NCBI GenBank assembly: GCA_963812605.1
Contig: CAWEWF010000004.1
Span: 128,001-192,000, forward strand
Origin: an uncultured Verrucomicrobiae bacterium
GTDB lineage: Bacteria; Verrucomicrobiota; Verrucomicrobiia; Palsa-1439
Reading direction: 5' to 3'
Length of the DNA stretch: 64,000 bases
Both the position numbers and the translations under genes were made by a program. Every line of letters begins with the position of its first letter. Position 1 is the first letter of the stretch. Below the pieces are notes generated by a model. It worked only from the letters and a program-made list of their open reading frames with translations, made no database searches and was not told where the DNA came from. Of the stretch, positions 40,389 to 49,348 are shown piece after piece.

Positions 40389-41588
40389 GCTGCTCCTCCT
40401 TCGTTGCTGGCGCCGGCGTAGGCGGTTTCGGTCGGGAAAACTGGCGCACGGCTCGCCCCGTCGCGCGGCGGTGCAAGCACGCTGCTCTCTGCCTTGTCTA
40501 TGTTCACTAGCCGATACAGACTGTCGCGCTGGACGGGTTCACGGCCCGTTTCACGAATCGTTTTCACCAATTCTTCGCGCGCCATTTCCTGGGGGGTTTT
40601 CGCGCCGGCCATGTGGTAAATCTTTTCTTCTATCACGGTGCCGTCCAGATCGTCCACGCCATAGCTCAAGGAAACCTGCGCGAGTTTCAGGCCCATTAAA
40701 ATCCAGTACGCCTTGATGTGGTCGATATTGTCGAGATAAATGCGGGCGATCGCCAGCGTCTTCAACATATCGTAGCCGCTCGGGCCCGTGACCTCGGGCA
40801 GCTTGGTATTATCGGGATGAAACGCCAGCGTCACAAAGGCTGTGAAGCCGCCGGTTTCAGCCTGTAATTCCCGCAAGCCGCCGCAGATGATCCACGCGGT
40901 GATGCTCTTTTTCGACATGGCCAATCAACATCGTGCAGGTCGAACGTCCGCCCATCTTGTGCCAGAGACGGTGAACATCGAGCCATTCCTCTGCGGATTC
41001 CTTGGCGTGGCAAATCACGCTGCGGACTTCAGGATCGAAAATCTCCGCGCCGCCACCCGTCAACGAGCCAAGCCCGGCCTCGCGCAAAGCGGCGAGAGTT
41101 TCGGGGACGCTGCGTTTGCCCACCCACGACAGGTGCAAAATCTCAATGGCGGTGAATGCCTTCAGGTGCAACCTTGGATCCAGCGCCTTCAGCGAACGCA
41201 GCATATCGACGTAGTAGTCCCATTTGAAAGAAGGATGCAGCCCGCCGACGATGTGAATTTCCGTGACGCCGAGCTTGAGCGCCTCCTGCGCTTTCTCGAT
41301 CATTTGCGGAAGGTTGTATTCGTAAGCGCCCGCATCGCGCCGCCGCCGATAAAACGCGCAAAAATCGCAATCGAGAATGCAAATGTTGGAGTAATTGATG
41401 TGGCGGTTGAGAATGTAGTACGCGACGTTGCCGTTCTTGCGCTCGCGCACGATGTTCGCCATCGCGCCGATGGCCGCCAGGTCCTGCGAACGGTAGAGGC
41501 GCAGGCAGTCGTCCTCATTGATGCGTTGGACCGCTTCAACCTTCTCGTAAATGTCCCGCAACTCCGAACGCTCAAGCAACTTGTTCAT
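40385..41588 (-). CDS. mqnE: Aminofutalosine synthase (frameshift near 40880)
   Basis: NICILDCDFC, EIHIVGG, KAFTAIE, GGGAEIF; HIKAYW, DGTVIEEKIYHMAG. Confidence 0.9.
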
Positions 41589-42445
41589 TGTAAAGCCACA
41601 TCGACCACGACCGCTCCGAGAAAGACGGCACTAATGAGCGCATTCATGCGAAAAAACGCCACATTCAGGCTGATCGGATCGCGCTTTCTCGCCAGCAGAT
41701 GCTGTGCGACCAAACAGACCAGGATGATCCCAAGCCCAAGGTAGTATGGCACGCGAAGGCTTGAAATCAACCCGAAAGCCAGCAGCAAAGCAGCCATGAT
41801 GGCGTGCGCTGCGCGCGCCACACGCAGGCTCGGGGCAATCCCCAGTCGCACCGGCAAAGAATGCAACCCCTGCGACTTGTCGAATTCCCAATCCTGGGTC
41901 GCGTAAATGATGTCAAACCCCACCAACCAGAACACCACCGCCAGGGCGAGCACGCACGGCGGCCAATCAAATCTTCCGCGCACCGCCAGCCACGCGCCCA
42001 GCGGGGCAATCCCGAGAGCGAGTCCCAAAAATACGTGTGAGAAGTCCGTGAACCGTTTCGTGAACGAGTAAAAAAATACGATCAGCAACGCAAGCGGTGA
42101 GAGATAACCGCATAACGGGTTGATAAGCCAGGACACATACCCCAACCCCAGCGCGCTTACGATGACCAGTCCCCATGCGTTCAACAGCGGGATCTGTCCC
42201 GCCGGCAAATGGCGTTGCGCGGTGCGCGGATTCAGCGCATCCAGTCGGCGATCAACAATGCGATTAAACCCCATCGCCGCCGTCCGCGCGCACACCATCG
42301 CCGCCAGGATCAGCAGAAATACTCGCCAGCCCGGCCAGCCGCGGTCAACTTTTGCCGCGACCACCATCGATGCCAACGCAAACGGCAACGCAAACACCGT
42401 GTGTGAAAAGCGCACGAACTCGAAGTATTTTCGGATGTGGAACAC
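41585..42445 (-). CDS. ubiA: UbiA-family prenyltransferase (MqnP-like)
   Basis: FSHTVFALPFA, NRIVDRRLDALNPRT, FDIIYATQD. Confidence 0.9.
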   Translation of the reverse strand: MFHIRKYFEFVRFSHTVFALPFALASMVVAAKVDRGWPGWRVFLLILAAMVCARTAAMGFNRIVDRRLDALNPRTAQRHLPAGQIPLLNAWGLVIVSALGLGYVSWLINPLCGYLSPLALLIVFFYSFTKRFTDFSHVFLGLALGIAPLGAWLAVRGRFDWPPCVLALAVVFWLVGFDIIYATQDWEFDKSQGLHSLPVRLGIAPSLRVARAAHAIMAALLLAFGLISSLRVPYYLGLGIILVCLVAQHLLARKRDPISLNVAFFRMNALISAVFLGAVVVDVALQ

Positions 42446-42512
42446 TCATTTCTTCTAACACAAGCCTGCGAAGACATAGAAGAACGAACTGGATTTTGCT
42501 AGGTTGAAGGTC

Positions 42513-43446
42513 ATGCAGCGAAGCTATGCGATTATCGGCACAGGGGCGCTTGGCGGGTTTTATGGCGCGCGACTGCAACGCGCTGGTTGCGAGCTGCATT
42601 TCCTGTTGCACGGCGACTATGAATATGTGCGGCAGCACGGCTTGATTTGCGAATCGCCCGACGGTGATTTCACGTTGCCACGGGTGAATGCCTACAGGGA
42701 TGTGCGCGACATGCCCAAATGCGATGTCGTTTGTGTGTGCCTGAAAACCACCCAGAACCACTTGCTCCCCGAATTGCTGCCGTCGGTCGTGAAAGACGAT
42801 GGCGTGGTGCTTGTCATGCAAAACGGGCTCGGCATGGAGGCGCAGGTCGCGGAGATTGTCGGGGCGCAGCGCGTCGTCGGGGGGTTGTGTTTTCTCTGCT
42901 CCAACAAAGTCGGGCCAGGACACATCCGTCATCTGGGCTACACCCTGGTTGCACTCGCTGAATTTGCCACGCGCGGGATTAGCCCGCGCCTGCGCACGAT
43001 CGCCGACGATCTTCAGCGCGCCAATGTCGAAACCGAGCTGGCGGAGGACATCGACGTCGTTCGCTGGCAAAAGCTGGTGTGGAACATTCCCTATAACGGG
43101 CTTTCGGTGGTTCTCGACGCGACGACCACGGAATTGATGGCCCATCCGCAAAGCCGCCGACTCGTCGAGGCGATCATGCGAGAAGTGGTGGACGGTGCGC
43201 GAGCGTGCGGGGTGGCTGTCGCGGACAACATCATCGAGAGGATGCTCGCCAACACGGAAAAAATGACGCCGTATCGCACGAGCATGAAGATCGACTATGA
43301 CGACCACCGCCCGCTGGAGATCGAAGCCATTTTCGGCAATCCTCTGCGGGCCATCCAAGGGGCGGGAGCCGTCGTCGCCGTTACTCGAACAACTCTACGC
43401 CGCGCTCGCGTTTCTGGATGCAAGAAATGTTGCCGTGCCGCGCTGA
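42513..43446 (+). CDS. panE: 2-dehydropantoate 2-reductase-family protein (frameshift near 43370)
   Basis: GTGALGG, QNGLG, WQKLVWN, SMKID...LEIEAI; true C-terminus PLLEQLYAALAFLD...TGA in another frame. Confidence 0.85.
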
Positions 43447-43457
43447 ATCTGTCGGCT

Positions 43458-44369
43458 TTATTTTTTCGGGTGTCGCGTGAAAAACTCCCACATCAAATCC
43501 GTTGCGGAGATCTCCCGGGTTGGCTCGGACCCGAGCAGATAAGCCTCCCCGCCCGGCCACGCGTGGCCGCCGCCCTTGACAGTGTACAGCGCGACCTCCG
43601 TCCCCTCTTTGCCCCCGCGATAAATCTCCGTCCGAATACTCCCCTTCTCCTGCCGCTCCGGTATTTCCGAACAACCATTTTGTTTCACCCAGAACGCCAC
43701 CGCGTAGGAGACGGGTTTATCGACCCGCCGATGCGTGTCCGCTCTCTTGAGCGGTTCTCCGCCGTTGTACAAGACATGTTCGTCAGCGGTGCCGTGGAAA
43801 ATGATCATCGAAACCGGACGGGCGGGCTGGCAGTTCTCCAGGTTCAGCGCGCCGGCGACGGGCGCAGCAGCGGCGATCTTGTCGGACAACTCGCACGCCA
43901 CGCGATAGGTCATCATCCCGCCGTTCGACATGCCCGTCACATAAACGCGCCGGGGATCGATGGCCCGCGTCTTTTCCAATTCATCGATCAGCGCGCGGAT
44001 GAAACCCACGTCGTCCACATTGTTATCCAGCGCGTATCCACAGCAGTTGCCGGAATTCCAGGTCAGCAGCCGGTTCTTCAATCGCCCGGAGCCATTCGGA
44101 TACACGACGACAAAACCCTCTTTGTCCGACTTTTCGCTGAACCCCGTCATACGCGCGACGCCCGGTGCGTTCCCGCCGCCGCCATGCAAGACGATCACCA
44201 GCGGCAGCAGCCGCTTCCCGTCGTAGGCCGGCGGCAAATGCAGGAGATAGGTTCGCGCCTGTTCGCCAGCTTTCAACGACAATACGTGATCGCCGGCCTT
44301 CAATTCATCGCCTTGACTGCGCATCGACAGTAACGATAACACAACGATTCCCAAAACCAGCTTCACCAT
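43458..44369 (-). CDS. Secreted PHB-depolymerase/LpqC-family esterase
   Basis: Signal peptide, LHGGGG, WNSGNCC, GMSNGG, HGTAD, GHAWPG. Confidence 0.88.
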   Translation of the reverse strand: MVKLVLGIVVLSLLSMRSQGDELKAGDHVLSLKAGEQARTYLLHLPPAYDGKRLLPLVIVLHGGGGNAPGVARMTGFSEKSDKEGFVVVYPNGSGRLKNRLLTWNSGNCCGYALDNNVDDVGFIRALIDELEKTRAIDPRRVYVTGMSNGGMMTYRVACELSDKIAAAAPVAGALNLENCQPARPVSMIIFHGTADEHVLYNGGEPLKRADTHRRVDKPVSYAVAFWVKQNGCSEIPERQEKGSIRTEIYRGGKEGTEVALYTVKGGGHAWPGGEAYLLGSEPTREISATDLMWEFFTRHPKK

Positions 44370-44442
44370 TTCACAGGTTCGCATCCTGCCCAGAAAGACG
44401 GAGGATTTCACCTGATGGTTACAATCGGCGCAACGACCGATC

Positions 44443-45003
44443 CTACTCGTCGCTTCGCCAGCGCTTGACGAGTTGGTGTTCAAGGCCGAGGTGGTCCAGC
44501 ACCCGCGCGATGATCGTGTCCACGAGTTCCGTGATCGTCTTCGGCTTGGTATAAAAGGACGGGCTGGCGGGAATGATCGTCGCGCCGGCTTCCGTCAGCG
44601 TGGCCATATTGCGCAGGTGGATCAGGTTATACGGCGCTTCGCGCGGGACGAAGATCAGCTTGCGCCGTTCCTTCAGAAAGACGTCCGCCGCCCGCGCAAT
44701 CGTGCTATCGGACACGCCGTGGGCAACCCGCCCGATGGTGCCCATCGACGCGGGGATGATGACCATCGCATCCAATTTGGCCGACCCGCTCACGAACGGC
44801 ACGAACATGGAGCCGTGTTCATCATATTGAATCACGGATGGCGCGATTTTCAGTTCCCCTTTCGGCAACTCAAGCTGGCCGACTTCCCGGGCATGTTTCG
44901 TGGAGATGAAATGGATTTCGTGCTTTCGCGGATCGAGATTATCGAGCAACCGCTGGGTATAAATCGCGCCGCTTGCGCCGGTCATGGCCACCACGATCTT
45001 CAT
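44443..45003 (-). CDS. ubiX: Flavin prenyltransferase
   Basis: TGASG, SGS, RAADVFLKERR, PREAP, PSFY. Confidence 0.93.
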   Translation of the reverse strand: MKIVVAMTGASGAIYTQRLLDNLDPRKHEIHFISTKHAREVGQLELPKGELKIAPSVIQYDEHGSMFVPFVSGSAKLDAMVIIPASMGTIGRVAHGVSDSTIARAADVFLKERRKLIFVPREAPYNLIHLRNMATLTEAGATIIPASPSFYTKPKTITELVDTIIARVLDHLGLEHQLVKRWRSDE

Positions 45004-46262
45004 AATGTCTTCACCGCCTCCGCCGCCGCGCGCAACGTTTCTTCGATGTCTTGCTCCGTGTGCGCCAGGGAGAGGAAGCCGACTTCAAACTGCGATGGCG
45101 CCAGATACACGCCGCGTTCGAGCATCGCGTGAAAGAATCGGGCGTACTGTTTCGTGTCACTCGTTTTGGCGCTGGCGAAGTCCACCACTTCGCGGTCGGT
45201 GAAGAACGTGCAGAATAGCGAACCGAGGCGCACCGAATGTCCTTTCACGACCTTCTTCCACTCATCGCCCAGCGCCGCCGCGCGCCGCTCCAGCTTCTCA
45301 TAGGCGCCACCGTGTGAAAGTTCCTCCAACGTCGCGATCCCCGCGGCCATCGCGAGCGGATTGCCGGAAAGCGTGCCGGCCTGGTACACGGGACCAGTGG
45401 GCGCCAGCAGATCCATCACGTCCGCGCGCCCGCCGAACGCGCCGACGGGCAGGCCGCCCCCGATAATCTTGCCAAGCGTCGTCAGATCGGCCTGCATTCC
45501 GAACAATTCCTGCGCGCCGCCCCGCGCCACGCGGAATCCGCTGATGACCTCGTCAAGAATCAGCAACGCGTCACTGTCCCGGGTGAGTTGGCGCAGTTTT
45601 TCGAGAAAACCGGGCTTGAGCGGGATCAATCCCATGTTCGCGGGAACCGGCTCGATGATCGCGCACGCGATCTCGCGCCAGTTCACGGTGTCGAGCGCCG
45701 CAAAATCATTCAAGGGCAGCGTGACGGTGTTGCGGGCGAAGTCCGCGGGGACGCCTGCGCTGTCGGGCACATCGAACGTCGCTCCGCCCGAACCCGCTTT
45801 CACCAAGAGCGCGTCAGCGTGGCCATGATAGCAGCCCTCAAATTTCACGATCTTGTCCCGCTTCGTAAACCCGCGCGCCAGACGGATCGCGGACATCGTC
45901 GCTTCCGTGCCCGAGTTGACGAAGCGAATCTTTTGCATCGACGGGAAGGCCTCGCAGACCAGTTGCGCGAGGCGAATTTCGCGCGGATTCGGCGTCCCGA
46001 AGCTCGTTCCGTCGCGCACGGCTTCCTGCACGGCCCGCACAACCTGCGGATGCGCGTGACCGAGAATCATCGGCCCCCACGAGCCGACGTAGTCGATGTA
46101 CTCATTGCCATCCACATCCCAAAGCCGCGAGCCCTTGGCGCGTTGCGTAAAAAACGGCGTGCCGCCCACGCCGCGAAAGGCGCGCACCGGGGAATTCACC
46201 CCGCCCGGAAAATGCCGCAGCGCCTCCTGCCAGAGTTTTTCCGAGTATTCGTGTTTGAGCAT
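45000..46262 (-). CDS. hemL: Glutamate-1-semialdehyde 2,1-aminomutase
   Basis: PGGVNSPVRAF, NSGTEA, GCYHGH, GKIIGGG, GTLSGNP. Confidence 0.96.
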   Translation of the reverse strand: MLKHEYSEKLWQEALRHFPGGVNSPVRAFRGVGGTPFFTQRAKGSRLWDVDGNEYIDYVGSWGPMILGHAHPQVVRAVQEAVRDGTSFGTPNPREIRLAQLVCEAFPSMQKIRFVNSGTEATMSAIRLARGFTKRDKIVKFEGCYHGHADALLVKAGSGGATFDVPDSAGVPADFARNTVTLPLNDFAALDTVNWREIACAIIEPVPANMGLIPLKPGFLEKLRQLTRDSDALLILDEVISGFRVARGGAQELFGMQADLTTLGKIIGGGLPVGAFGGRADVMDLLAPTGPVYQAGTLSGNPLAMAAGIATLEELSHGGAYEKLERRAAALGDEWKKVVKGHSVRLGSLFCTFFTDREVVDFASAKTSDTKQYARFFHAMLERGVYLAPSQFEVGFLSLAHTEQDIEETLRAAAEAVKTL

Positions 46263-46272
46263 GGGCAGATGA

Positions 46273-48254
46273 TTACAGCTTGTCGGTGACTTCAACAAGG
46301 GTTGGGCGTGGTTTCTTTTGCCCTTTCAATTTCAGTTCGGATTGCGGGATGGCCCAGACAGGACGAGTGACACCCTCCAATACCGCATACCCAGCGCGGG
46401 CTTTGTGACGTTGGAGAATGTTGGCGATCTCCCGTAGTAAGTCTTCTGGATGGCCGCTGGCCGTTTGGCTGACTGTGGCCTGCAAATAGTCCACGCTAAA
46501 CGCCAGCAAGCCCTTCTCTTCCTTTCCATTGAAAGCCCGGACTGGATAAAGCCAGACACGTGAATTGGTCTCGAGCGCGTCTTTGATGGCTTGGGGCACG
46601 CTCCCCGTCGACTTCTTGACTGTGGATTTGGAAGGAGCCATGAGGGTTGGTTTCTGGCAGACCGACTCAAAGTTGCAGACCCGCACCGGTAGAACGAACG
46701 GCTGGTTTGGCGCGCTCCAGAAGTAACAGTTGCCGATAATCGGTTCAGCGCGGAGATAGTTGAGAATCTCGTCGGTATAGTAGGCGTTGTGACGCTTGAG
46801 TGTCTGTAAATCGTTGTCGTTGAGGAGGTGTAAGGCAAAGAAGTTGTCGCCCTGACTGATGATCTGGGGTGCAATCGCGCCGGGCTGTTGCGTGACGAGT
46901 ATAGCACCGAGTCCGTACTTACGACCTTCCTTGACCCAACGTACGAAAATGTTGTTGTCATCAAGTCGCCGGTCGCCGAGCACTGTCTGCGCCTCCTCCA
47001 ACACGGCAAGACAGCGTACCGATGGCCCGCCCACCTCTGTTAGATGTCTCAGGTTATGCTGGAACACCCGCCGTAGGATCAACCCGATGATCGCGAGCCC
47101 GTCCTCACTTCCCAGCAGCGATATATCCACGATTACAACACGCGCCTGACGGAGTTCCTCGATCATGTTTTGCCCAAGTGTTGCACCAGCGCGATGGAGA
47201 CGGCGGATGGCCGGCACAAGGTTGTTTTTCACAGCCGCGATACTTACGTCATTCTGTTTGGGTGTGAAGGACAAGTAGTCAACGATCTTTTTGTCGTTGG
47301 CACGAAAGCCGTCCTTGGCCAGCAGCGCAACCAGTTCACGCCACACGTTCCAATCCAATCCACGCACCAGATTCGCGAAGACCATATCCTGCTTCTCTGA
47401 TAGCACGAATGCTGCGACGATGTCCTGTGGCGGAAAATCTCCAAAATCCACATATACATCGCCACGGCGAACGCCGTCGTATTCATCGGACACACGTCTG
47501 TTCGTGTACAAACCGACCCGTCCCTGCAAGCCCGGCACGTTCACCAAGCCCGGTTGTCCCTGCGCATCCGGGAAAGCATACTCACCTTCAGGATCGAAGA
47601 TCAACAAGCCCACATCAGGCGGTGACGAGTACAACTGCGAAACCAAATATTTGATGAGATTGCTCTTGCCGTAGCCGCGCGCGCGAAAACGAAACTGCGT
47701 TTACCTTTGAGTCGAGCGACACTGAAGTTAACCGGGACGTTTGACACCACGCGCTGGCCATAAACCAAGTGGCCAAGCGGCGCGGCGGTCGGATCGTCTT
47801 CCAACCCGACGTTACACAGAAACGCCAAGGCCGCTTCCGAAGGCAGTCGCACATTACAGCCCAACGTGGCAAAAGCGCGTTGGCCGACCGTGAATTTAAA
47901 CTTTCCCTTTTCAAGATGCAGTTCCCCAAGCAGTTGCATCTTGAGGTTGTAGCGCAACATCTGCCGCATGATTGGCGCGGGTACTGCCTCCTTCGTCTTG
48001 GCTAAATCGGCGAGATACGCGTCGCCTCGATCCGTTACCAATTGACCGGCCGCGTGATACCGGCTCACGCGTCCCACCAGCGCCTCCGTCGTGCAAAGTT
48101 CCACCAACACGAACTCGCCGAATCCAGGTAAACCGCGCTCCACAGGCGGCACCACCACGTCCACTTCGAGTTGGTGCGGAACGGGCGAAAACCCCTTCAG
48201 CAAACCAACGGCAGGAATGTCCGCGTACAGGTCAGGTTGCGGTTGATTGGTCAT
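46273..48254 (-). CDS. HerA/FtsK-family ATPase (frameshift in Walker A near 47675)
   Basis: N-terminal barrel-like region; restoring one G gives FARAGYGKSN; FDPEGEY, Walker B VLEEAQ, KEGRKYG, VTQQP. Confidence 0.85.
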
Positions 48255-49307
48255 GATCCTCCACAAGTTGCCGGCCCAGTAATCTCAACAGCCTGGCCTG
48301 ATTTGCGGCCGCCGGATCGCGCGCGGCAATTTCCTCCAACAACAGCCGCTCCAACATCTCCACCTCCAAGCCACCCAAATGCGCGTGCTCGTGGGCACGC
48401 ACCAATGCCTGCGGATAGCCCCGCACCGGGAAACTGGCCCGTGAGGATTCATGGAGGAGAGCCATCGCTTCCGATACCCGCTCCGTCTGCCAAGCGGCGA
48501 TATCCACTGGCATTAATGGCACGCCCTCTCCCACATCCAGCCGCGCCATGTAGAGTTGCCCCATCGCGCGATCACCAATCCAGCGGTACTGTTCCGGCGC
48601 GGCTTCGATCTCTAGTTTCGCCGGTACCACCGCATATGATGGCTGCCGATCCGCGAAGCTTTCATTCAGATTCAACGCCACGGACAAATAATTGATGATG
48701 CGTGAGCGTTTGGCAACGCCGGCCAGTAGGTGACCGTGCTCGGCCGTCATTGTCTCGAACCGAGCCCGTAGGCGTTGAAACACCCCGTGCGTCAGGAGCA
48801 CCGACCGCAGCAGGCCATCGCGGATCAACAATTTGGCTGGTGGCTGGCTGGCAAGCTCGATTAGCGCAGCCCACTCCATCAACTCTCGAAGCATTGCCAG
48901 CAGGTTGCTGCGTTGAAACTCAGATTGTGGCATCAGCGCATCCCAGTCGCACCCGAGATAATCGAGGAACTTCTGCAAGCGCGGTTCTGCCTTGAAGTAG
49001 AACCGGAGAATTTCTTCGGGAGAAAGCGAGAGCGGAATAAAATCCTCGAAATAAATCTCACCATCGCTGTCGGCGACGCGCAGCACTTGCACTCGAATCG
49101 GTTCGAGATTGAGCCGGTTTTCACCGCCATCGGTCGCCACTGTCGCCACAATCGGAACTAAGGAGCCAGGCCCCTGTAAAGTCTGAATCGCGGTGGGCCG
49201 CAGCGGGCGAGTTGCCGCTGCATCCTGTCCAACTGCGGCCACTCCTGATTCAGCGCCAGTTCCAGACTACGGTGGAGACGTTCCAAACGTCTGCCCGTGA
49301 GGTTCAT
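48232..49307 (-). CDS. NurA-family nuclease (frameshift near 49200)
   Basis: ATDGG, IRDGLL, GVAKRS, GYPQALVRAHEHA motifs; N-terminus MNLTGRRLERL... read manually in an upstream frame. Confidence 0.8.
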
Positions 49308-49348
49308 TGGGACCCATCATATAACGGCGCTAGTGGCGAACAATCATC

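Noticed and set aside
42504-44333. 609-aa PanE with a long C-terminal extension
   Set aside because: Frameshift read-through antisense to the esterase gene; the proper C-terminus ends at 43446
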